From: a virus
DNA length: 64,000 nt
Virus record (IMG/VR): IMGVR_UViG_3300035670_000044
Coordinates: 32,001-96,000 of that record
Direction: 5' to 3' (one strand)
Shown one piece after another: positions 1 through 8,303 of this stretch. The notes under the pieces were generated by a model, which worked only from the letters and a program-made list of their open reading frames with translations, made no database searches and had not been told where the DNA came from. Numbering within the stretch: the stretch's first letter is position 1; each line of letters starts with the position of its first letter. The position numbers and the translations under genes were made by a program.

Positions 1-2155
1 TGACGTAGGGCGCGTAGTATGCCGCGTGACCGTAGGGAACACCGACAACTCTCTTAATCAGGTTGAGCTCGTCTTGAGCTTGAGAGAGATTTTCAATGTC
101 CCCACCACAATCAATCAGGGCTACGTGCTGGGTACCAGACACACCCTCAGTCACCCCAAAGCGACCTTCGGCCGCAGACACCAGGGTCTGAGTGACCTTA
201 AGGCGCTCAGTGGATGCCTCATTGCGAGATGCGAGGTCGGAATCGGCCGAGTATGCGAGTGTGGCATACGCCTCTGGCGCCATCAAGAATCCAGGAGCGT
301 AGTAATCACCACCCATACCCTTTTCGATTCCGTACACAAAATCCTGTGCTTTGGCGGATGAAGTCAGCTTGTAACTTTCATACCCAATCTGCTCAACAAC
401 CGAAGTCAGTTTGACAACGTTGTCGTCCAGGAGTCCTTGACGATTGATTCCGGGAAGAACAGGGCTGACCAGGCCGTTTTTGGCAGTGATCCGCACCTGG
501 AGGACGTAGTCGAAGGACTGGAAACCATTCGCGACGGATTTATCCAGTCTGGCTGTAGCCCCGGCAGCGATAGCGACGGTGGGAGAAGGAGATACGGTGG
601 CGGCAGTGTCGGTAGTACGAGCAGTCACGGTGTACCGGACTCCGTTCACAACGATTACACTACCAACGCCAATTTCGGAATTAAACAAGGTGCCGGTTCC
701 GGTCACAACACCACCAGTGGTGATGGCAACAGTCCCAGTCAGAACAATGTCTTCAATGTCCGGTCGAATGAAAGGACTACCGGCAGCCGACACAAGGTTC
801 GATACTGCGTATCCGTTATTCGGAGCGTAGTTGGTACCGGAATAGTTAGTACCTGTCGGGACAGCTTCGACGGTGTAGTACTGGGCAAGATCTTTCTCGG
901 TCAGGATCGAAACAATCTCGTCCCGCAGACCCTCAGCCAACTCGTCAGGCGTGGCGCCATTCACAATGATGGCGCGGTTCTCACCCGCCACCGATACATA
1001 AAACACTTGCACGGAGTCGGGCAGGAACCCGGTACGGGTCATACCATCCACGCTTACTGTTCCGGTAGGAACGGTAGGAGTAGCTCCTCCAATTTTGGCG
1101 AAGGTAGTCGTTCCGAGGTCGTAACGCCAGTACGCGGCGTCAGCATCAGGCCATTTGTTACCAGAGCTAACTCCAGAGCTAAAATCCTTGCTAACGGCGA
1201 CAATCTTGTCATCGGCGATAGAGGTTACGCCATTCGCGGCCAGGAAATCTTCGAGGATTTCGGACTGGTCGGTAGCGGGGGCGTAGGTGCCGGCGCTAGC
1301 CGCATTAGCCGCTGCGATGAACAGGCTGACAGCCGATCCATCCACATACAGCACGGTCTCACCAGTAGAGATTTCACGGCTGTTGCAACGGAAATTAATC
1401 TCCTTCACCGAGGTGAACAACCGGACAACACCGGGGGTATTGATATTCAGGGGTGACGCATAACCACTGTCGCTAAAGTTGTAGGCAACGAACCGGTCGA
1501 TTTCGGGAAGGAGCGAGTTGTCCCGAGCAAAAATGCGGAACTTACCCTGGGTAGCCTCAGTAGCGGTCTGTTCTACTTTGTAGAAGTCGGAGAAACCGTC
1601 CGAGTTGCTGCTAGACAGGTAGTTGTACAGGTCGCGAGCGTTATCGATTGCGTCGATGGCCGTGGTCGTAATGACCCGAATCTCGTCACCGTCCGAATCC
1701 ATCACGTTAATCGGAGTACCGAAATAACGTCCGTTAACTTTCAGAGCAAACGCGTTGTAACCGGATCCGGCGCTACTTGCGTTAAGGTCGATAACGGTTT
1801 CGGGGGTGGGGGTAACCCGGGTGAAGTACAGGATACCATTAACACCGACGTTGTCGAAAAATCCTTTGACGGCATCGTAAGTGGTAAGAGCTCCCACCGA
1901 TCCGCTGGGGGTGCTACCACCAATCCGCTGCAGGTAATCCTCGGGTGAGGCTACTTGGGTGGGTGTATAGGGGAGAAAGTTAGAGTAGATGCCCTCGCTT
2001 TCATCACCGTAGTACTCATCAGCGGGAGTAGTCCCGAAGAGATAACCAACGGCGTGACTCGCCAGGGGTTGGGGAAGGCCGCCAGTAGCCGACTGAGTAA
2101 CAAATACTCCTGGTCTGGTTAGGGGGGCGGCGTTGACTGTAATCGATGATGCCAA
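1..2155 (-). CDS. Contractile tail sheath protein (3' end runs off the window)
   Basis: Not in the ORF track; the two ends were translated by hand and are in one frame. TTG start at 2155 with GGAG about 8 nt upstream: MASSITVNAAPLTRPGVFVTQ (sheath-type PGV[FY] N-terminus). At the window edge: HVALIDCGG...GHAAYYAPYV (sheath ALID / YYP motifs). Confidence 0.85.
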   Translation of the reverse strand, partial: MASSITVNAAPLTRPGVFVTQSATGGLPQPLASHAVGYLFGTTPADEYYGDESEGIYSNFLPYTPTQVASPEDYLQRIGGSTPSGSVGALTTYDAVKGFFDNVGVNGILYFTRVTPTPETVIDLNASSAGSGYNAFALKVNGRYFGTPINVMDSDGDEIRVITTTAIDAIDNARDLYNYLSSSNSDGFSDFYKVEQTATEATQGKFRIFARDNSLLPEIDRFVAYNFSDSGYASPLNINTPGVVRLFTSVKEINFRCNSREISTGETVLYVDGSAVSLFIAAANAASAGTYAPATDQSEILEDFLAANGVTSIADDKIVAVSKDFSSGVSSGNKWPDADAAYWRYDLGTTTFAKIGGATPTVPTGTVSVDGMTRTGFLPDSVQVFYVSVAGENRAIIVNGATPDELAEGLRDEIVSILTEKDLAQYYTVEAVPTGTNYSGTNYAPNNGYAVSNLVSAAGSPFIRPDIEDIVLTGTVAITTGGVVTGTGTLFNSEIGVGSVIVVNGVRYTVTARTTDTAATVSPSPTVAIAAGATARLDKSVANGFQSFDYVLQVRITAKNGLVSPVLPGINRQGLLDDNVVKLTSVVEQIGYESYKLTSSAKAQDFVYGIEKGMGGDYYAPGFLMAPEAYATLAYSADSDLASRNEASTERLKVTQTLVSAAEGRFGVTEGVSGTQHVALIDCGGDIENLSQAQDELNLIKRVVGVPYGHAAYYAPYV

Positions 2156-2194
2156 GGCAAAATCTCCGTGTTAGTCGACAGACCTTTCACTAGA

Positions 2195-2203
2195 GCTTTC
2201 AAC
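2195..2203 (-). promoter_or_regulatory. GTTGAAAGC putative late promoter of the tail sheath gene
   Basis: Exact motif starting 48 nt before the TTG start. Confidence 0.7.
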
Positions 2204-2227
2204 GGGTCGGGGACCGGAATTACAAGA

Positions 2228-2236
2228 GTTGAAAGA
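2228..2236 (+). promoter_or_regulatory. Variant motif GTTGAAAGA pointing antisense into the TnpB guide/omegaRNA
   Basis: Divergent partner of the 2195-2203 motif with a 24-nt spacer; no convincing ORF follows. Confidence 0.35.
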
Positions 2237-2298
2237 CTAAGGTGAAAATTCTCCGCTCTTGCTAGAGATTCTTTACCCCTCTGAGATTAACGTGGGTG

Positions 2299-2450
2299 CC
2301 GTGCTAGTCGACAGACTTTTGACATCCACCTACCCGTAAACGGGGAGGATTCCTAGCTTCACAGCTAGGATTTTCTGCTTCAATTCCTCAAGCTCAAACA
2401 TGGCTCTTAGATCCACAGACACTACCCGCCAGCCCGGCGGTGAGAATATT
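2299..2450 (-). ncRNA. Predicted TnpB omegaRNA/reRNA: scaffold ending at 2319 plus guide 2318-2299 (AAGTCTGTCGACTAGCACGG)
   Basis: 8-bp stem TCCTAGCT-GTGA-AGCTAGGA (2351-2370), CCCG-TTTA-CGGG hairpin and GGATGTCAA end directly downstream of tnpB. The 5' limit is approximate. Confidence 0.7.
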
Positions 2451-3632
2451 CTTTGCTGCGTTAACGTCTCGGTCTAGAACCTCTCCGCAAGACGGACAAG
2501 TCCAGACCCGGTCGTTAAGAGATAGTTTCGTTTGGCGTTGAGTACCACAGCAGCTACAGATCTGGCTGCTAGGGAAATACTGGTTAACTTTAACCAGATT
2601 TCTTCCATACCAGCTAGCCTTGTACTCTAACTGCCTGACAAACTCAAACCAGCTAGCATCGGAGATAGACTTGCTCAGACCTTTACTAGCATTTGCTAGC
2701 ATGTCTTTAACGCACAGATCTTCTACAATTACCGTTTGGTTTTCACGGATCAAGGTAGTAGATAACTTATGCAAGAAGTCTAGCCGATTGTTAGCTATGT
2801 CTTCGTGAACTCTGGCAACCTTTCTCCTCTGCTTGTGATAGTTATTACTATCTCTCTGCTTACGGGAAAGCTTTCGTTGTTTACGAGCTAGCTTAGCTTG
2901 ATACTTACGGTAGAAACGGGGGTTAGGGGCTTTAATACCATCACTGTTTGTCAAGTAGCTCTCAAGCCCAAGATCTATACCTAGAACTTTGTTATTCGCA
3001 GGTAGGGCTAGGTTTGAGTTAGGGTCTTCGTAACTAAAAGATACGAACCATTTTCCACTAGATTTCTTAGTTATAGAGATAGAAGTAGGCTTTAGATTTT
3101 CAGGCAAAGGTCTGGAGAATATTACACGCAAAGGTTGTTTAACCTTGGCAATGTAAAGCTCTCCGTTCTTCAGCCTAAAGCTTCCACGAGTTAGCCTCAT
3201 TCCGTTAACCGGGGCCTTTCTACTTTTAAACCTAGGCTTCCTTGCATTACCCCTAAACATGTTTCTAAACGCCCTATCAAGGTTTAAAACAGATTGTTGG
3301 AGGACTACGTTAGAAACTTCGGACAGGTAGAAAAGATCCGGGTCTTTCTTCCAAACCGTAATACGCTTTACATACTCATAACCATTCCATTTAGCTTTAG
3401 GGTTCGAGGCTCTCTTCTGCTCATGTTCAGCCAACGAAAGGTTAAACACCTTCCTAGCACAACCCGAGCTCCGGTTCAGGAAAACTTCCTGCTCCGGGCT
3501 GGGGTAGGACCTGAACTTGAGAGAGTAGTTTCTCATACCTCTACTATACACTATTTTTCGCAAGGCTGGGGATCACGTGCTATGCTTGTGAAAACCGTCC
3601 TAAATGCCGGGGTTTCAGACCCCAACAGACTT
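2319..3632 (-). mobile_element. Non-autonomous IS200/IS605-family (IS1341-type) element carrying tnpB only
   Basis: Right end ...CCCGTTTACGGGTAGGTGGATGTCAA (TCAA terminus at 2319). Left end AAGTCTGTTGGGGTCTGAAACCCCGGCATTTAGGACGG follows ATGAT (3637-3633), which resembles the TTGAT TAM. Removing 2319-3632 restores a sequence colinear with 2166-2235. No tnpA. The left boundary is ambiguous by 8 nt. Confidence 0.85.
2394..3536 (-). CDS. tnpB: RNA-guided endonuclease TnpB (IS200/IS605 OrfB)
   Basis: N-terminal [18 protein letters not shown]; RuvC-I GIDLG, RuvC-II VEDL, zinc ribbon CSCCG..CPSCG, Ruv[14 protein letters not shown]. All catalytic acids are present. Start moved to ATG 3536, which follows AGAGGT. 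Confidence 0.95.
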   Translation of the reverse strand: MRNYSLKFRSYPSPEQEVFLNRSSGCARKVFNLSLAEHEQKRASNPKAKWNGYEYVKRITVWKKDPDLFYLSEVSNVVLQQSVLNLDRAFRNMFRGNARKPRFKSRKAPVNGMRLTRGSFRLKNGELYIAKVKQPLRVIFSRPLPENLKPTSISITKKSSGKWFVSFSYEDPNSNLALPANNKVLGIDLGLESYLTNSDGIKAPNPRFYRKYQAKLARKQRKLSRKQRDSNNYHKQRRKVARVHEDIANNRLDFLHKLSTTLIRENQTVIVEDLCVKDMLANASKGLSKSISDASWFEFVRQLEYKASWYGRNLVKVNQYFPSSQICSCCGTQRQTKLSLNDRVWTCPSCGEVLDRDVNAAKNILTAGLAGSVCGSKSHV

Positions 3633-3641
3633 ATCATTAAA

Positions 3642-3650
3642 GCCTTCAAC
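3642..3650 (-). promoter_or_regulatory. Variant motif GTTGAAGGC reading into the tnpB element
   Basis: One mismatch to the consensus; paralogous to the 2195-2203 motif; has a divergent partner GTTGAAGGG at 3675. Confidence 0.5.
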
Positions 3651-3705
3651 TGGACGGGAAGAAAAATTACAAACGTTGAAGGGTCTTTAATGGGGGGGGG
3701 TCGAC

Positions 3706-4002
3706 TCACATCGCTACCGACTCGGTACCATACGCACTATACAACTCATACAAGGATGTCATAAGCCAATCCGAGCACAACGAATCTCCACACTTATCAG
3801 TCCCCATCATCCGGACAACCCGTCTGACCAGGTTGTTGAAATCCTCCGGGCTAATAACCTTCGACACGTACTTCAGGTAACGGTTAAGCTCGTTGACATC
3901 CTGATCCTTAACAACCCGATACAGGATCACCATGTATTGAAGTATCTCAGTAGATTCCATTTCATCGCTAAACCTCTGTAGTTGCGGGGCAGACGGGGAC
4001 AT
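3706..4002 (-). CDS. Hypothetical protein
   Basis: 98-aa ORF closely packed behind 4009-4524. Confidence 0.6.
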   Translation of the reverse strand: MSPSAPQLQRFSDEMESTEILQYMVILYRVVKDQDVNELNRYLKYVSKVISPEDFNNLVRRVVRMMGTDKCGDSLCSDWLMTSLYELYSAYGTESVAM

Positions 4003-4008
4003 AATCAG

Positions 4009-4524
4009 TTAGTTAGTAGGGGGTGAAGATTCACTACCGAACCCATTTGATCCAGTAATACCTTTGACGTTTTTGTCCATCTGGTCCATTGCCTCTCTGT
4101 GTATTTGGCACATGGCGACAAATTTTGACATAGGGACACACTCCATGTTAAAAACATCCTGAAACGATCCGTTTTGAATGGCGTAGCAATTTTTAAGCCA
4201 TGCCTCTTTTGACATATACGACTTCAGGATGTTTTCTTGCACAGCCATGTACAGAGAACGGATAGTCAACGGAACCAGTCCCCCGAAGTTAACTCCGGGG
4301 CGAACAGACAGTGTCCCTAGCAATTCGATCACATCACGGCTCGAGAGAGTGGGTTTGTCCCCAGACAGGAGGGAGTCCAGGTACTCCAAATCCCTTCCAG
4401 TGATGTCCCTAAAAGATGCCTGATTACCCCGAGCATCCGTACACGTTATGGTGTAATCGGAATTAATCCTCGTCTTCAGCTTGGCTTTTGGAGTCGTCTT
4501 CCTTCTCCTCCTCTCCGGTGTCAT
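4009..4524 (-). CDS. Hypothetical protein, possible second part of a tail assembly chaperone
   Basis: The only early ATG (4524) lies in an A7 run inside the upstream ORF; FRDITGRDLE resembles chaperone motifs. Confidence 0.5.
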   Translation of the reverse strand: MTPERRRRKTTPKAKLKTRINSDYTITCTDARGNQASFRDITGRDLEYLDSLLSGDKPTLSSRDVIELLGTLSVRPGVNFGGLVPLTIRSLYMAVQENILKSYMSKEAWLKNCYAIQNGSFQDVFNMECVPMSKFVAMCQIHREAMDQMDKNVKGITGSNGFGSESSPPTN

Positions 4525-4867
4525 TTTTTTCTTCGGACCCCAGCAACTCGTTAATAGCGTCACCAAGCATCTTGATTTGCTTAGACCGTAAACGCCTCGC
4601 ATCTCTGAGGGTTAACTTTCTGCCGCCCGGTTCAGGGCTATGCAAGATGCAGATCACCTTAAGGGTGGCAGGAATCTCATCAAGGGTTTTGTCATTGCTG
4701 ATTTTAGTGATTTCGATCAGGTCGTCGGCGCTGGGTTCCTGCAAGGAGAGAAATTTACCAGGAGCGATCTCGACAGAAATAATTTCCGGATCTCCAAAGT
4801 CAAAATCGGATACTGAGTTAGTAGCTACGGTTTCCAGCTCACGCATGGATTTAGAAGACAGGGCCAT
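4463..4867 (-). CDS. Putative tail assembly chaperone
   Basis: 134 aa, acidic; LSLQEPSADDL...LRSKQIKMLGDAINELLG resembles myovirus (P2 E / Mu gp41-type) chaperones; lies near the sheath gene. Confidence 0.55.
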   Translation of the reverse strand: MALSSKSMRELETVATNSVSDFDFGDPEIISVEIAPGKFLSLQEPSADDLIEITKISNDKTLDEIPATLKVICILHSPEPGGRKLTLRDARRLRSKQIKMLGDAINELLGSEEKNDTGEEEKEDDSKSQAEDED

Positions 4868-4915
4868 AGGGTTAATGGGTGACTGGTGGGGGTATTTCCT
4901 CCACTATACATATGT

Positions 4916-4924
4916 ACTATAGCA
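4916..4924 (-). promoter_or_regulatory. Host sigma70-type extended -10 (TGCTATAGT)
   Basis: TGn-TATAGT about 50 nt upstream of ATG 4867; the same 9-mer occurs at 51542-51550. Confidence 0.5.
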
Positions 4925-4942
4925 CACTTTGTCGGATAGTAA

Positions 4943-4951
4943 GTTGAAAGC
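4943..4951 (+). promoter_or_regulatory. GTTGAAAGC putative late promoter
   Basis: 35 nt before GTG 4978. Confidence 0.7.
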
Positions 4952-4977
4952 CATATGTAAGAGTTGCTAGTATCGCT

Positions 4978-5565
4978 GTGGCTGTCCAAACCAACCCGTA
5001 TCAGCATTGGGAGGACGGACGAGAAAACTCTGATTACCGGGGTCGTGAGACTCAGGCCAGCTCATTGACACGTCAAATGTTGAGGCAGCCTGAGTACTTG
5101 ACCAGTAGCAACAGGGTCAACCCGGGGCCCTTGAGAAACACCCGGGCTTCAGCAGCGGACAGAGTAAACCAGGTTCCGCATGAGACCCGCAGCGAGGATA
5201 TGTGGGGATGGCAGAGGTGGACAGAAAGGGATTACTACTTGGTTGAGTCTGAAACATCTAGCAATCTTCTGGAGGAAACAGATTCTGGTACCAGGGTGGA
5301 CAACGGGGTTGTATACCCGGACTACAGCAAACCGAACGACTGTCCGACTATTATATCTCCTCCTGTTGTGTTGAAAACCTTTGATTTTACCCAGGAACAA
5401 CCATCAGATGAGTGGCTGATTGTCCACAACTTGGGGTTCTATCCCTCCGTAGAGCTATTTAGTAGTTCTAGGGCAGAGATCGACGGGGACGTGGTCCATG
5501 TAAACGTGAATTCCCTCCGGGTGTTCTTCAACCTGCCAATTACCGGCTTTGCCAGACTGAACTAA
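4978..5565 (+). CDS. Putative virion structural protein
   Basis: C-terminal FTQ..PSDEWLIVHNLGFYPSVEL beta-domain typical of phage tail-associated proteins. Confidence 0.6.
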   Translation: MAVQTNPYQHWEDGRENSDYRGRETQASSLTRQMLRQPEYLTSSNRVNPGPLRNTRASAADRVNQVPHETRSEDMWGWQRWTERDYYLVESETSSNLLEETDSGTRVDNGVVYPDYSKPNDCPTIISPPVVLKTFDFTQEQPSDEWLIVHNLGFYPSVELFSSSRAEIDGDVVHVNVNSLRVFFNLPITGFARLN

Positions 5566-5568
5566 ACT

Positions 5569-5835
5569 ATGGCCAGAGAAATACTTACAGACTACGATTT
5601 CAAAAATGTGAGCAGGGTGGTTAACTTGCCCCCTGCCGTAGAGGATGCGGATCCGGTCATACTGTCTCAGTTGAAAGATTATACGGGGGGACCTATTATT
5701 GAGTCGCAGCAGGTGATTTCTGAAAACTACTCGATAGGAGTTGGCAAAAACGGAATTTCTCTGGGACCTGTTAGTGTGTCCGAAGGGGTTTCTGTGACTA
5801 TACCTGCCGGGTCTGTCTGGAGAATTTTGACATGA
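5569..5835 (+). CDS. Small tail-fibre-associated protein
   Basis: NYSIGVGKNGISLGPVSVSEGVSVTIPAGSVWRIL; ATGA overlap with the next gene. Confidence 0.6.
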   Translation: MAREILTDYDFKNVSRVVNLPPAVEDADPVILSQLKDYTGGPIIESQQVISENYSIGVGKNGISLGPVSVSEGVSVTIPAGSVWRILT

Positions 5836-7670
5836 CATTCGGGAAATTACAAGTGGATCAGATTGAATCGTCGACAAGAGTTTTGAACGTCGACGACTTA
5901 CTTTCTGGTACTGAAGACTTAGTAACCAGCGTAGGATTGTCCGCACCTACAGGATTTACTGTATTGGAATCCCCAGTTACGGGAAGCGGAGTTATTTCAT
6001 TAACCTACTCCCAGGGGTACAGTCTCCCCTCTAACACCAGTCAGTCTAACTGGGATACCGCTTATCTCGAAAGGAGGTATTGGGATGGAGGTAGTTCCGG
6101 ACTGAATGCTTCTACTGCTCGTACTAGTCTCGGACTGGGTAATAGCTCTACGTTAAATATCGGCACTATTGCTGGAACGGTAGCAGCGGGAGACGATGCA
6201 AGATTCACCACAAACCTGTCTTACACCCCCTCAACTAGGCTTTTATCAAGCAGTACTGGTAGCGATGTAACTATTCCTGAGGCTACTACAACGGTTCCAG
6301 GTTTTCAAAGCGCAGCGGATAAGGTAAAACTGGACAGTATTGCTACCGGAGCTCAAGTCAATGTTCCTACAAATTTAACCTATACACAGTCTACAAGGTT
6401 GCTCGGGTCGAGTACAGGAGATGACGTAACGCTCCCCGACGCAACTACGTCATTTTCGGGCTTAATGAGTGCGACGGACAAAGGGAAGCTGGATGGCATT
6501 GCGTCTGGTGCTGAGGTTAATGTCAATGCGGATTGGGACTCGGTCAGTGGGGATTCCCTGATTCTGAACAAGCCGGCAATTCCAGCCGCAGCCACGGCCA
6601 CTCCCCAACCACTGGGCACGGCAGCAGCGGGCAACGGGACCAATTACGCGCGCGATAACCACGTCCACGCCATGCCGAACGCGGCGAACGTGGGCGCAGA
6701 TCCATCAGGGACTGCTGCCAGTGCGGTGAGCGCACACATTGGGGACGTAGATCCACACCCCAACAAATACGCATCAGCGGCACAGGGTGTCACCAACGGC
6801 AACAGCCACGACCACAGCGGCGGTGATGGCGCCCAGATCTCCTACAACAGCCTCAGCGACCTGCCGACGTTAGGAGGCGCTGCAGCGCTGAATGTAGGCA
6901 CTACGATCGGCACCGTAGCATCTGGCGACGATGCACGTTTTCACGATGATGTAACACTAAACGCCAGTGTCGCAGACATCCTAGGGCTTTCAGGTCAAGA
7001 GCTTACCGCAGATAATCCCGGCGCTGATCGGCTAATCTTCTGGGATCACAGTGCAGGTAAACTTACTCACCTTGCGCTAGGCGCTAACCTATCAATTACC
7101 GGCACCACGTTATCGGCAGCAAGCACCCTATCTGAGCAAGGCCTGCCGAAGTGGAATGCCGGTACCGGCACCATGCTGGCTCCTGGTAACTGCACCAGCA
7201 GCTTGGCGTCAGCTACGGCAACAGTGGGCACTGTCGTTTATCACCAGATTGGAGTACCGGTAAGCGTGATAAACCCGGCACTGATCTGCCGTGCGTCTGG
7301 TTTGCACACTGGTAGCACAGACGTGAGTCTAGGAATATTTTCTAGTATCAACAATAGGCCGGCAATACTGCTGGCGTCTGTAGCGTTATCGTTTTCAGCT
7401 ATAAACTTAACTCAAGGCGCAACTGCTACCGTGACGCTCCAACCGGACTTTTATTGGCTGGCATTCCTAGCCACGGCAGCTACAGGGGTTCCCTCTTTTG
7501 TGGGCAGCGTTACAAATGCTCCGGGGGTCGGCGCAGGCCTTTTTGCAGAGTTCACTAATGCCACAGGTCCTATTTCAACGCTTCTTGAAACTTCTGAGAT
7601 ATTGCCTGCGACTGCTACACCCACCCTGGGCGGCGGTAACTCTCGTCCCGTAGTATTCCTGGGAGTGTAG
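5832..7670 (+). CDS. Tail fibre protein
   Basis: Ser/Thr/Gly/Ala-rich; two 53-aa repeats (TNL.YT.STRLL.SSTG.DVT.P.ATT...G..SA.DK.KLD.IA.GA.VNV) and two GTVA.GDDARF repeats. Confidence 0.8.
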   Translation: MTFGKLQVDQIESSTRVLNVDDLLSGTEDLVTSVGLSAPTGFTVLESPVTGSGVISLTYSQGYSLPSNTSQSNWDTAYLERRYWDGGSSGLNASTARTSLGLGNSSTLNIGTIAGTVAAGDDARFTTNLSYTPSTRLLSSSTGSDVTIPEATTTVPGFQSAADKVKLDSIATGAQVNVPTNLTYTQSTRLLGSSTGDDVTLPDATTSFSGLMSATDKGKLDGIASGAEVNVNADWDSVSGDSLILNKPAIPAAATATPQPLGTAAAGNGTNYARDNHVHAMPNAANVGADPSGTAASAVSAHIGDVDPHPNKYASAAQGVTNGNSHDHSGGDGAQISYNSLSDLPTLGGAAALNVGTTIGTVASGDDARFHDDVTLNASVADILGLSGQELTADNPGADRLIFWDHSAGKLTHLALGANLSITGTTLSAASTLSEQGLPKWNAGTGTMLAPGNCTSSLASATATVGTVVYHQIGVPVSVINPALICRASGLHTGSTDVSLGIFSSINNRPAILLASVALSFSAINLTQGATATVTLQPDFYWLAFLATAATGVPSFVGSVTNAPGVGAGLFAEFTNATGPISTLLETSEILPATATPTLGGGNSRPVVFLGV

Positions 7671-7675
7671 CAATT

Positions 7676-8020
7676 ATGAATCAAGTTGTCTTTATTGATG
7701 CCGCAGGGCAACAACATATAACCGAAATCACTAGCCCCCAGTCTCCCGATTACCTGGGGTTCTACAACGGCCTGCTCGACAGCATGACGTATCAGGCATT
7801 GCTGCAGATACCCGCCACAGCAGAGCAGGCCAAAGCGTTGGCGATTTTTGTTTCTGCAATTCAAGATTCAATGGCAGGTCGTGCAAATCCCAGGGCAATG
7901 CAGGCCGCCATCTGGAAATTACTGGGCGAGGTGGAGCTGACGGAGGCCCATGCCGTTGAGCTGTCGGCGCTGATGACCACGCACCACCTGAGCAGCGTGT
8001 ATCTGCTGTCGCCGCCATGA
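7676..8020 (+). CDS. Hypothetical protein (fibre-associated)
   Basis: 114-aa ORF directly after the fibre gene, in the same GC-richer segment. Confidence 0.65.
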   Translation: MNQVVFIDAAGQQHITEITSPQSPDYLGFYNGLLDSMTYQALLQIPATAEQAKALAIFVSAIQDSMAGRANPRAMQAAIWKLLGEVELTEAHAVELSALMTTHHLSSVYLLSPP

Positions 8021-8151
8021 CCACCAAACGCGAACAGATCCTCGCCGCTGTAGACACCCTGCTGGCTGCCACTGCAGGCGCTACAGGCCGCGTGTACCGC
8101 TCCAGGCAGAGCGATGCTGGCTGCCGGTCAACAATGCAACCTGCCGCCTGA
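8017..8151 (+). pseudogene. Truncated N-terminus of a siphovirus-type tail terminator (lambda gpU-like) gene
   Basis: Hand-translated MTTKREQILAAVDTLLAATAGATGRVYRSRQ, then unrelated sequence and a stop after 44 aa; ATGA-coupled to the upstream gene. Confidence 0.55.
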
Positions 8152-8267
8152 GTTTCTGCAGGCGCTTGGTGGATAGCCATAGGCACCACCAAATTCTAAC
8201 AGGGGTGCGAGGGAATAACAGATCAGGGATTTATACAGACCTTTTGCTGAACCAGGGTTTTGTTTTC

Positions 8268-8276
8268 GTTGAAAGC
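8268..8276 (+). promoter_or_regulatory. GTTGAAAGC-N4-TAGG putative late promoter
   Basis: 36 nt before ATG 8304. Confidence 0.75.
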
Positions 8277-8303
8277 ACAATAGGACTGTGTTTACCATTT
8301 TCT

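Noticed and set aside
26-1456. Plus-strand ORFs 26-361 and 437-1456
   Set aside because: Antisense shadows of the minus-strand tail sheath gene.
2394-3536. Nuclease-dead TldR or Cas12f effector
   Set aside because: The RuvC D/E/D residues are intact, IS ends are present and there is no CRISPR array.
3692-3700. G9 run (and G10 at 24305-24314) as phase-variation tracts
   Set aside because: Both are intergenic and downstream of stop codons; no effect on a reading frame or promoter is evident.
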